Positions 26,811-35,140 of a stretch of DNA of 64,000 nucleotides are shown piece after piece. The DNA comes from Gemmatimonadetes bacterium SCN 70-22 (lineage in GTDB: Bacteria; Gemmatimonadota; Gemmatimonadetes; Gemmatimonadales; Gemmatimonadaceae). The translations under genes were made by a program, and so were the position numbers. The stretch is taken from positions 108,543-172,542 of the forward strand of contig MEDZ01000009.1 in NCBI GenBank assembly GCA_001724275.1, written 5' to 3'. Each line of letters starts with the position of its first letter. Position 1 is the stretch's first letter. The notes beneath the pieces were generated by a model. That model worked only from the letters and a program-made list of their open reading frames with translations. It was not told where the DNA came from and did no database searches.

Positions 26811-27912
26811 TCACCCCAGCCAGCGCGCCAGCCCCTCTTCCACGAAGGCGTCGTCCGCCAGTTCCGGGTGCGCCAGGGCCACCCGGTCGAGTTCGCGGGC
26901 CTGTCCGGGGGAGAGCCCCTCGCGGGGGTCGAGGCACCACGTGCCGCGCAGGAGCCCCTGCCGGCGCAGCACCTCGTGGATGCCGGCAATGCACCCGGCG
27001 AAGCCGTTGGCGGCATCGAAGATGGCGGCGTTCGCGTCGGTGAGCGCGGCGGCGCGGGAGAGCCATCGGGTGATGCTTGCATCTGGCGGGTGGACGAGCG
27101 GGGGGGCGGGCTGCCCCGCGCCGGGCAGCGGGGCACGTCCCTCGCCCGATCCCGGGGCGCGCACGCCCTTGACCTGCTCGAGCAGCTCGACGGCGCGCCG
27201 CGTCCACACGGCCCACTGTCCCAGCAGCCCGCCGGCGATGTGGCGGGGGCCCGCCGCTGGTGAAGGTGAAGGGAGTGAGGAGGTCGGTGACGATGGCGTC
27301 GTCGTTCCCGGTGTACAGCGCGACGTCGTCGCGCCCCGCTTCCACCACCGCCCGCACGACGTCGAGCGTCTGGTAGCGGTTGAACGGGGCGATCTTGATG
27401 GCGACGACGTTCGGGATCTCGGCGAAGTCGCGCCAGAAGCGGAAGTCCAGGACGCGCCCCCCAACGGCGGGCTGCAGGTAGAAGCCGACGACCGGGAGCA
27501 CCTCCGCGACCCGCTGGCAATGGCGGATGAGGTCGCGGTGCGTCGCCTCGTCGTGCCCGGCCAGCGAGAGGAGGGCGGCGTCGTAGCCTAACGAGCGCGC
27601 CAGTTCGGCCTCGTCGGCCGCCTGTCGCCGGTCGCCCACCACCCCGGCGATGAGGGCGAAGGGGCGGGGCGCGCGCGCCAGCCACTCGCGCGCCGCCTCC
27701 GCGGCCAGCGCCAGGACCTCGCGCAGCATCCCGTGCTGGCGAATGGCGAACTGCGTCGTGTGCACGCCGACCGCCATGCCCCCCGCGCCGGCCTCCACGT
27801 AGTAGCGCGTCAGCGCGCGCTGGCGCCGCTCGTCGAGCGTGCGACGGGGGGTGAGGGCCAGCGGGTGGGCGGGGATGACCTGCCCGGCCAGGAGGTGGGG
27901 GCGCAGTGACAT
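26811..27912 (-). pseudogene. Dihydrodipicolinate-synthase-like (class I aldolase) family gene interrupted by a frameshift
   Basis: The N-terminal 220 aa (MSLRPHLL..GNDDAIVTDLLTPFTFTSGG) lie in one frame. The protein-like C-terminus (RHIAGGLLGQWAVW..CIAGIHEVLRRQGLL..ARWLG-stop at 26811) lies in another. The junction is at a G5C3 run, 27245-27252. Confidence 0.75.
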
Positions 27913-27923
27913 GGCAACGCGGG

Positions 27924-28979
27924 TCAGAAGGCGCCGTCGCGCCGCTCGAAGCGCGTCGCCTTGCCTAACGTACGCCCGCCGGCCAGCGCCCAGGCGGCCA
28001 CCCACGCCGCGATCGTCTCCTCTCCCACCGGCGGGGGACCGAACAGCGCTTGCGCCTTGTCGGTGTCGCTGAGGAGGGCATCCGCGCCCTCGCGCCCCGC
28101 GAAGCGCGGTACCCTCCCCAGGAGCCGGCCCAGCTCGAGCGCGACGGCGCGCACGGCCAGCCGCGCCCGCCCCGTCACGTTGAGCACGAATGGCGGGACG
28201 CTCGCCAGCGGAAGGGTGCGGAGCGCGATCGCATTGGCGTCGCCCTGCCAGATGCAGTTCACGTATCCCATGGCCAGGTCGATCGCCTCGTTGCGCAGGA
28301 TCCGCTGGGCGAGATCGACGAGGACGCCGTACCGCAGGTCGACGGCGTAGTTGAGGCGAATCAGCGCCACGCGGGTCGCCCATCGCGCGGCCGCATCCTC
28401 GAAGACGCGCTCGCGCCCCACGCACGACGCCGCGTACTCCCCCACCGGCGAGAGTACGTCGGATTCGCGCGACCCGCTCCCCGTGGCCGGCGTGAGCGGG
28501 TAGACGTTGCCGGTGGAGAAGGCGACGATGCGCGCGTCGCGGTAGCGCTCCGCCGCTCGCGCCGGGAGGATGGTGTTGGTCATCCACGTCAGCGACGGAG
28601 CCGCCGTGGTCCCGAACTTCTGCCCAATCATGAAGAACACGTTCGGGGCGTCGGGGAGTCGCCTCCAGGCATCGCTCGAGAGCAGGTCGGCGCGCACCAG
28701 GTCGACGCCGAGCCCCTCGAGGCGAGCGGCGTCACCTGCATTCCCCCACCGCGAGACGGCGACCACTCGGCGGCCGTCGCCCAGGGCATCCGCGGCGCGC
28801 TTCACCATCGCGGTCAGCGATGGCCCCATCTTTCCTCCCGCCCCCAGCACCACCACGTCGCCCGGCGTCGAGCGCAGCGCCTCCACGACCTCGGGGGTCG
28901 GGCGACTCAGGCGTTCCTCCAGCTCCTCCTCGGAGCGAGGGGCGACCGGCGTAGTGCGGGGGGCGATTCCGGGGTTCAC
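27924..28979 (-). CDS. NAD-dependent epimerase/dehydratase-family protein
   Basis: VVVLGAGGKMG Rossmann motif, 351 aa. It lies 11 nt upstream of the DHDPS-like gene. Confidence 0.8.
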   Translation of the reverse strand: MNPGIAPRTTPVAPRSEEELEERLSRPTPEVVEALRSTPGDVVVLGAGGKMGPSLTAMVKRAADALGDGRRVVAVSRWGNAGDAARLEGLGVDLVRADLLSSDAWRRLPDAPNVFFMIGQKFGTTAAPSLTWMTNTILPARAAERYRDARIVAFSTGNVYPLTPATGSGSRESDVLSPVGEYAASCVGRERVFEDAAARWATRVALIRLNYAVDLRYGVLVDLAQRILRNEAIDLAMGYVNCIWQGDANAIALRTLPLASVPPFVLNVTGRARLAVRAVALELGRLLGRVPRFAGREGADALLSDTDKAQALFGPPPVGEETIAAWVAAWALAGGRTLGKATRFERRDGAF

Positions 28980-29299
28980 GCCGACGAACCCTCCCCCGAT
29001 GATGACGGCGACGCCGAAGGCGCAGGCGCGTTCGATGGGGTGCCGGCCGGGGCGCCGGAGGGAGTGCTGGACGGCGTCGAGGACGTTGCGGCCAGGGTCC
29101 CGTCGAACCCGATCGTCCGATGGCTCGTGTCGCAGAACGGCTTCCGCTTCGACGCGCCGCAGCGACAGAGGGAGATCCCCTTTCCCGTGGGGAGCGGGAT
29201 GAGTGCTCCGGTGTGATCGGTGAGCTGCAGCTTGTCGACGTCGTCGGCGGCGATGAAGAGGGGGCCGTTGTTGCGGATCGTGATGGTCAGCTTGGACAT
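28976..29299 (-). CDS. CDGSH-type iron-sulfur domain protein (CDTSH variant)
   Basis: CRCGASKRKPFCDTSH fits C-x-C-x2-S-x3-P-x-C-D-x-S-H. Low-complexity Ser/Pro/Ala tail. The stop overlaps the next start (ATGA-type, 28976-28979). Confidence 0.8.
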   Translation of the reverse strand: MSKLTITIRNNGPLFIAADDVDKLQLTDHTGALIPLPTGKGISLCRCGASKRKPFCDTSHRTIGFDGTLAATSSTPSSTPSGAPAGTPSNAPAPSASPSSSGEGSSA

Positions 29300-29460
29300 G
29301 GCGTGTTGGTGCGGGCTATTCGGGGCGGCGCTCGCGCGGGGCGTGCCGGCGCTGGGCGCCTCGATCCGGTCAATGTCCCCCGGCGCCGAGGACGGGGAAA
29401 GGGGGCGCGGCCGGCGCGAAGCCCCGATTGCGGAGCGTCAACGGTACCCGGAGATTCGTC

Positions 29461-29476
29461 GTTAATAATTCATGAC
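29461..29476. promoter_or_regulatory. AT-rich box GTTAATAATTCATGAC upstream of a TonB-dependent receptor (weak Fur-box-like candidate)
   Basis: This is the only AT-rich patch in the 244-bp leader. Its resemblance to the GATAATGATAATCATTATC-type consensus is partial. Confidence 0.2.
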
Positions 29477-29543
29477 CGGGGTCGTGCGCCATCGTGGCGG
29501 CGACGCCGGGTTTGCCTTTTCCCCAGCGTTCTGCCGAGCTCCC

Positions 29544-31574
29544 ATGTCGCGTCGTCCCATCGCCTTCGCTGCGGCCGTCGCCTTCGCCATCCTGTCGGCC
29601 GGAACGCCGGCCAGGGGGCAGCGGGTGGCTCGCGACAGCACCGCGGACACGGCGCGAACGCGGCTCGAGACCTTTTCCATCACGGCCGGGCGGAGCGCGA
29701 CCACCGTGGGGGGGACGTCGGCCATCATCCTGACGATCGACTCGCTGCACCTGGCGCCGGCGGCGCCGCTCGACCGGGCGCTGCGCGAGGTCCCGTTCGT
29801 CCTCGTGCGCGTGAACTCCCGCGGCGAGTCGGAGCTGTCGGTGCGCGGCTCCGACTCGCGCCAGGCGGCGGTCCTGTTCGATGGGCTCCCGCTCAGTATC
29901 GGGTGGGACCATCGCTCCGATCCGTCGGTCTTCCCGACCACCGGGATCGTGAGCGTGAACGTCGTGCGCGGGCTGAGCACGCTCCTGCAGGGGCCCAACA
30001 CGCTGGGCGGGGTGATCGACCTCGGGATGTCGTCGTATCGCGGGGAGCGCCTGGCGCGCACGCGCGTCGGGGTGTCGCTCGGGACGGACCAGCTGGGGAC
30101 GCAGTCGGTCGCGGGCGACGTCGCCCGGCCGTTCGAGCTCGGCGCGGGGCAGCTCACGCTTCGGGCGGGAGCGGGGTATCGCAACGTGGATGCGATCGCC
30201 CTGAGCCACCAGGTGACGGACCCGTTTCCGCACGCCGCGCACGAGCGCACCAACAGCGACGTGAACCAGCGCGACGGATTCCTCTCGGCGCGCTACCTGT
30301 CGCAGAGCGGGGCGTGGCTCGGGGCGAGCCATTCCGGCTATGCACTGGAGCGCGGGGTCATGCCCGAGCTGCACGTCGCGGCGCCGCGCTTCTGGCGCTA
30401 TCCCGACCAGAACCGTTCGCTCTCGCTCGTGACGGCGGGGACCGGGCGCCACCGCACCCCCTTCGGGGAGGGGGATGCGGAGTTCGTCGTCGGCCGCAAC
30501 GGCTCGTACACGTCCATCGAGAGCTTCCGCGACGCCGCCTACGACTCCATTGTCGGGACGGAGACGGGGGACGAGGCGACGACCACGGCCCGGCTGCAGG
30601 CCGATCACTCGCTGGGGCGCGGCGAGCTGCGCACGGCGTTCTCGTACTCGGGCGTGCGCTACCTCGAGGGGCTCAACGGGGCCGCGCCTAACGAATACAC
30701 CCAGCGGCTGTGGAGCGGCGCGGCGGAGGTGGAGCAGCCCGTCGTCGGCACGCTGCGCCTGACCGGCGGCTATGCCGTCGACGTCAGCACGACGCCGCAC
30801 ACCGCGGGCCGCGAGGCGCTCGGCCGCCTCGCCGAGTGGGGGGGACGGCTCGGGGTGAGTGCGCTCGCCTTCGGGGGGCAGTGGCGCCTGCACGCGTCGG
30901 CGAACCGGCGCGCGCGATTCGCGGCGCTGCGCGAGCTGTACTCGGGAGCCCTCAACCGATTCGAGCCGAACCCCACGCTCCGCCCCGAGGTCCTCGTCGG
31001 CGGCGAAGCCGGCGCCACGCTGCTCTCGAGCCGCTACCAGTTCCAGGGGGTCGCGTTCCACAACGCGCTCCATGACGCGATCGTCCGCACCACGCTTCCC
31101 AACCGCAAGTTCAAGCGCGTCAACCGCGACGAGGTCCGCAGCACCGGGGTGGAGCTCCTCGGCGGCTTCAGCACCGGCGCGTTGCAGCTCTCGGCGGACG
31201 CCCTGCTCCAGCGCGTCCGGATCGCCGATCCCGCCGTGAGCGGCTCGGAGCGCAAGCCCGAGAACCAGCCCGACCTGCGCCTCGGCGCCGACCTGCGGTT
31301 CCCCGCGGTTGCCGGATTCACGCTGCGGGCCAGCGTCGACCACGCCGGGCGGCAGTATTGCGTCAACCCCGACACGCAGCGCAACCAGGCGCTCGGGGCG
31401 CAGACCTGGACCGGGGGGGGCGCGGAGCGGGCCTTCGTCCTGAAGGGGAACTCGCTCTTTTCCCGCCTCGTCGCCTCGCTCGACATCGACAACATCGTCG
31501 ACGCCGGGGTGTACGATCAATGTGGCCTGCCGCAACCCGGCCGCACGCTGCGCCTGGGGCTCGCCCTCCGCTAG
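29544..31574 (+). CDS. TonB-dependent outer-membrane receptor
   Basis: Signal peptide, plug region (ETFSITAGRS .. VRGSDSRQAAVLFDGLPL), a long beta-barrel, and a C-terminal ..GRTLRLGLALR ending. Confidence 0.85.
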   Translation: MSRRPIAFAAAVAFAILSAGTPARGQRVARDSTADTARTRLETFSITAGRSATTVGGTSAIILTIDSLHLAPAAPLDRALREVPFVLVRVNSRGESELSVRGSDSRQAAVLFDGLPLSIGWDHRSDPSVFPTTGIVSVNVVRGLSTLLQGPNTLGGVIDLGMSSYRGERLARTRVGVSLGTDQLGTQSVAGDVARPFELGAGQLTLRAGAGYRNVDAIALSHQVTDPFPHAAHERTNSDVNQRDGFLSARYLSQSGAWLGASHSGYALERGVMPELHVAAPRFWRYPDQNRSLSLVTAGTGRHRTPFGEGDAEFVVGRNGSYTSIESFRDAAYDSIVGTETGDEATTTARLQADHSLGRGELRTAFSYSGVRYLEGLNGAAPNEYTQRLWSGAAEVEQPVVGTLRLTGGYAVDVSTTPHTAGREALGRLAEWGGRLGVSALAFGGQWRLHASANRRARFAALRELYSGALNRFEPNPTLRPEVLVGGEAGATLLSSRYQFQGVAFHNALHDAIVRTTLPNRKFKRVNRDEVRSTGVELLGGFSTGALQLSADALLQRVRIADPAVSGSERKPENQPDLRLGADLRFPAVAGFTLRASVDHAGRQYCVNPDTQRNQALGAQTWTGGGAERAFVLKGNSLFSRLVASLDIDNIVDAGVYDQCGLPQPGRTLRLGLALR

Positions 31575-31610
31575 CCTCCCAGCCGCTGCCCGACGAGTCC
31601 CCCCAATCCC

Positions 31611-32210
31611 GTGGCGATGTCGTTCAATCCACGCGTCTTCTCGCGCAAGGCCCACCGATGGGGGGCCATCGGCGTCGCCCTCCCGTTCCTGGTCGTGATC
31701 GTCTCGGGGCTGTTGCTGCAGCTCAAGAAGCACTGGAGCTGGGTCCAGCCGGTGGAGGTCCGCGGCGCCGGCACGGCACCGGCGCTCCCCTTCGACAGCC
31801 TCCTGACGATCGCGCGATCCGTCCCCGAGGCCGGGATCCGCGGCTGGGACGACATCGACAAGCTCGACGTCCGCCCCGGGAAGGGGATCGTCAAGATCAC
31901 CAGCAACGCCCGCTGGGAGCTGCAGGTGGACTCCGAGAGCGGCGCCGTGCTGCACAGCGCCTATCGCCGCTCCGACTGGCTCGAGTCGCTCCACGACGGC
32001 TCGTGGTTTCACCCGCTGGCCAAGCTCGGCGTCTTCCTCCCCTCGGGAATCGTCGTCCTCGTGTTGTGGCTGACGGGGATCTACCTCTGGCTCGTCCCCT
32101 ACCAGACGCGGCGCCAGCGCGCCCGCATGGCCGCGATCGGGGGGCCGCAGCGGCGGTCCGACCGGCACGACGACCGGCACGACGACCGTCGCGCGGCTGG
32201 CGCCGGGTGA
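31611..32210 (+). CDS. PepSY-associated TM-helix protein
   Basis: RKAHRWGAIGVALPFLVVIVSGLLL .. HDGSWF .. second TM helix. C-terminal RHDD repeat. Confidence 0.75.
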   Translation: MAMSFNPRVFSRKAHRWGAIGVALPFLVVIVSGLLLQLKKHWSWVQPVEVRGAGTAPALPFDSLLTIARSVPEAGIRGWDDIDKLDVRPGKGIVKITSNARWELQVDSESGAVLHSAYRRSDWLESLHDGSWFHPLAKLGVFLPSGIVVLVLWLTGIYLWLVPYQTRRQRARMAAIGGPQRRSDRHDDRHDDRRAAGAG

Positions 32211-32229
32211 CGCGTGCGGGCGATGCCCG

Positions 32230-32784
32230 CTAGAAGAAGTAGCGGCGCCACCCCGTCGCGTCGCGGCGGCGCATCCGCCAGAAGACGAGGAAGCCGCTGA
32301 CCGTCAGCGCGGCCAGGCACAGCCCCCACGCCATGGCCAGCACGAGCCCGCCGTCGCCGAACGCTTCGCCGCTGTGCAGCCGATAGAGGAACGGCTTGTC
32401 GGCGTAGGTCTCGGTGGCGAGGAGCGCCCCGGTGGTCGCGTGGATGATGAACTTGCGGTCCTCGCCCCCCGCGGGCTTGCCGGTGAAGACGGTCACCGTG
32501 GGGCGGTCGCCCTTGAACTGCACCTCGATCTTGTCCACCGGCGCGTCGCCAGCCGTGGCCGCGACCGTCGCCAGCGCCCGCTGCACCGGATCGCTCCACG
32601 AGGCCGCCTCCGACGCCGCCGTCACGGGGCTCACCAGGTCGCGCGTGCGCTCCCGCAGCGCCTCCGCCTCGCCGAAGAACTCCGTCCCGGCCACCAGCAT
32701 CCCGGTGATGGACGCGAAGAGGAGGAAGATGGCGGAGGGGAATCCGATCCATCGGTGCCAGCGGCGCCAGAACTGCGGGTTCAT
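32230..32784 (-). CDS. PepSY-domain membrane protein
   Basis: WRRWHRWIGFPSAIFLLFASITG .. YRLHSGEAFG .. C-terminal TM helix. Start taken at MNPQFW. Confidence 0.75.
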   Translation of the reverse strand: MNPQFWRRWHRWIGFPSAIFLLFASITGMLVAGTEFFGEAEALRERTRDLVSPVTAASEAASWSDPVQRALATVAATAGDAPVDKIEVQFKGDRPTVTVFTGKPAGGEDRKFIIHATTGALLATETYADKPFLYRLHSGEAFGDGGLVLAMAWGLCLAALTVSGFLVFWRMRRRDATGWRRYFF

Positions 32785-32821
32785 CCGTTCGCGGGGTGAG
32801 GGGAATGGTGGGAGCGCCGGG

Positions 32822-33250
32822 CTACGCGCGGAGGTAGTCCGGGCGCCACTGCGTGATCGCCTGCTTGATGGCCTTGGCGTCGGCAAACTCGCCGTTGCGC
32901 ACGCGCCGGAACAGCGCGGGCAGCTCGGCGTCCGACGCGAAGCGCAGGGCAATGAACTCCTTGCGCGACAGTTGCGCAATCTCACCGTGCTGCTCGGCGG
33001 GAAGCAGGCGTTGCAGCCGCAGCGTCTCCTCGAGACGTATCACCCGGTCCTGCACCGTGAGCGCCATGACGCGCGCCAGGCCGATTCCGCCGAGGATCGC
33101 GAAGGCGACGATCGCTCCCCAGATGCTCCACGCGCCCGGGCGCCGGATGGCGTCGTACACCGCGAGGCCGAGGTTGACCGTGAGGATCGGCGAGACGATG
33201 AAGTGATAGGGAACAAACCAGCGAGTGTGGTTCGCGTAGCTCTGCGGCAT
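32822..33250 (-). CDS. Hypothetical two-TM membrane protein (DUF6526-like)
   Basis: 142 aa with good GC3 and two TM helices followed by a soluble tail. Confidence 0.6.
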   Translation of the reverse strand: MPQSYANHTRWFVPYHFIVSPILTVNLGLAVYDAIRRPGAWSIWGAIVAFAILGGIGLARVMALTVQDRVIRLEETLRLQRLLPAEQHGEIAQLSRKEFIALRFASDAELPALFRRVRNGEFADAKAIKQAITQWRPDYLRA

Positions 33251-33296
33251 GGTGGCCCCGGCGATGGTGGAGGGTGGATCGTGACGGATTCGGCGG

Positions 33297-33755
33297 TCAG
33301 GGAGCGGGAGGCGCGGCGCGCATCGCCTCGCGGGCATGTCGCTGGAGACGTGCGACGATTGCCTCCAGCCCCACTTCGCGCGTCCCCAGCCCCACGCTCT
33401 GCATCACGGTGCGCACGAAATCGCCCGGGATGGCGAGCGTCGTGGCCGGCGGCTCGTCGTTCACCGCGCCGAAGACGATGCTGAGAAATGCCGCAACCGT
33501 GGGCGACTGGCGCACGTTGATATCGGCATAGAAGTGCAGGCGCCCATCGGACGTCTCGGAAAAGAGGCGCACGGGCGTCTGGCATTCCGGCACGGCGTAC
33601 CCGTCGTCGCCCACGTCGCGGTAGCGCTCCGGGAGGGGCTCCAGCTTGCGGGCGTAGGCGACGAGCGCCGCCATCTTGTCCTCGCGACCCAGGGAGGCGA
33701 AGCGCCGCAGGACCTGCTCCAGGCGGGGCGGAAGGGAAGGGGAAGGGGCAGTCAT
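33297..33755 (-). CDS. sufE: SufE-family sulfur-acceptor protein
   Basis: 152 aa with ..VPECQTPVRLF.. (conserved Cys loop) and SufE-like length and layout. Confidence 0.7.
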   Translation of the reverse strand: MTAPSPSLPPRLEQVLRRFASLGREDKMAALVAYARKLEPLPERYRDVGDDGYAVPECQTPVRLFSETSDGRLHFYADINVRQSPTVAAFLSIVFGAVNDEPPATTLAIPGDFVRTVMQSVGLGTREVGLEAIVARLQRHAREAMRAAPPAP

Positions 33756-33893
33756 GCGGGAAGCCTAACCGCGCTTCGGCGCGCCGCCAGTCGGACTTGC
33801 CTCACTGCAGGCACTGGCACCCGGCGTCGCCCGTGAGGATTGTATAGAAGATCTCGCACGACCAACGCACGATCATCCAACCAATCGACGCCA

Positions 33894-34322
33894 ATGCCAA
33901 CTCGCCACTCATCTGCCGTCTGGGAAGGAACGCTTCGCGAGGGAAAGGGGACGTACTCCGGCGAATCGGGGACGCTCGGCGGCAAGTACTCGTTCGGGAC
34001 CCGCTTCGGCGAGGACAAGGGCTCCAACCCCGAGGAGTTGCTCGCCGCGGCCAATGCTGCCTGCTACAGCATGGCCCTCAGTGGTGCCCTCGAGCGGAAC
34101 GGAACTCCCTCCACCCGCATCGAGACCAGCGCCGCCTGCTCGATCGAGAAGCAGGACGCCGGCTTCACCATCACCACCATGAAGCTCTCGACCAGGGTTT
34201 CGGCCGCCGGCATCACCAACGAGGCGTTCCAGGCCATCGCGGCGGCTACCAAGGATGCGTGCCCGGTCTCCCGGGCCATCAAGGGGAACGTCGTGATCGA
34301 ACTCGACGCCCAACTGGCCTGA
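33894..34322 (+). CDS. osmC: OsmC-family peroxiredoxin
   Basis: ..NPEELLAAANAACYSMAL.. and ..KDACPVSRAI.. carry the two conserved Cys of OsmC/Ohr. Confidence 0.85.
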   Translation: MPTRHSSAVWEGTLREGKGTYSGESGTLGGKYSFGTRFGEDKGSNPEELLAAANAACYSMALSGALERNGTPSTRIETSAACSIEKQDAGFTITTMKLSTRVSAAGITNEAFQAIAAATKDACPVSRAIKGNVVIELDAQLA

Positions 34323-34946
34323 TCACCGGCGAATGAGGTCGTTGAAGAGCGTCGCCACGCCGGCGTGAACGCTCAAACGGCGGACGTCGCGTGCCTGCAA
34401 CCCCTGCACTTCGAGTTGCACCGCGCGGCGCCCGCTCCCCCCGACCCCCAGGCGCACGCCCACCGCTCCAAGCAGTCCGAAGTTGTTGGTGTTGTACCGT
34501 CGGTCGATCGGGACCGAGCCGAAGGTGCTCGACAGGACGTGCACCCCGACCCCGGTGACCACATAGGGTGAAACCTTCGCGGTGGGCGCGGTCGCGTGGA
34601 AGGCGACGGCGACGTGCCCGGAGAGGTCGCGAAAGACGTCGCGGTAGCTCTGTCCGTCCACCTCCACGTACTCCTCATGCGGGAGGGTGAGGAGGTACTC
34701 GAGGTCGGCCAGGAGCCGCACCCGGGGCGACCGGAAGTGTCCGAAGTCGACGGTGGTGCCGAGCGCGACACCGTGGATTCCACGCTCGATGCTCGCCCAG
34801 CCGGCGCTCATCACGAACGCCCCAGCGGCGGCGAGACCGAGCTTCGCGCGCGCGGGCGACGCCGCGGAGTCCTCCTGCCCCTGCGCCGCCGACGCCAGGG
34901 CGAGGAGCGCGCAGGAGGCGACGCGCAGCGTGCGGAATCGGGTCAT
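34323..34946 (-). CDS. Outer-membrane beta-barrel protein (porin-family / OmpW-like)
   Basis: Signal peptide ..LALASAAQGQ, alternating beta-strand pattern, C-terminal ..VATLFNDLIRR. Its stop abuts the osmC stop. Confidence 0.65.
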   Translation of the reverse strand: MTRFRTLRVASCALLALASAAQGQEDSAASPARAKLGLAAAGAFVMSAGWASIERGIHGVALGTTVDFGHFRSPRVRLLADLEYLLTLPHEEYVEVDGQSYRDVFRDLSGHVAVAFHATAPTAKVSPYVVTGVGVHVLSSTFGSVPIDRRYNTNNFGLLGAVGVRLGVGGSGRRAVQLEVQGLQARDVRRLSVHAGVATLFNDLIRR

Positions 34947-35140
34947 GCCGTGAACTGCCGGTGAACGGGGCGCATGGGGATCCTCGGCGCGGGCACGAAT
35001 GACGTGGGCGGCGGGTAAACTAGCTACCACCGCCACCGCGCGCGTCGTGACCCCCGGCGGATTGGGGCGGTCCGTTTAGATTGAGGGGGTGACTCCCGCT
35101 GCGTGAACGACGACGGCGGGGGCGGCGCAGTATCCGGAGG

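Noticed and set aside
29300-29543. A cobalamin or TPP riboswitch upstream of the TonB-dependent receptor.
   Set aside because: I could not find a B12 box (GCCACTG-like) or the TPP CTGAGA / ACCTGATCTGGATAATGCCAGCG-type elements by eye. This needs an Rfam scan to exclude it fully.
34320-34325. The abutting convergent stop codons of osmC and the beta-barrel gene (TGA-TCA) as a possible annotation error.
   Set aside because: Both frames are well supported up to their stops. Zero-spacing convergent genes are unusual but plausible, and no alternative reading is better.
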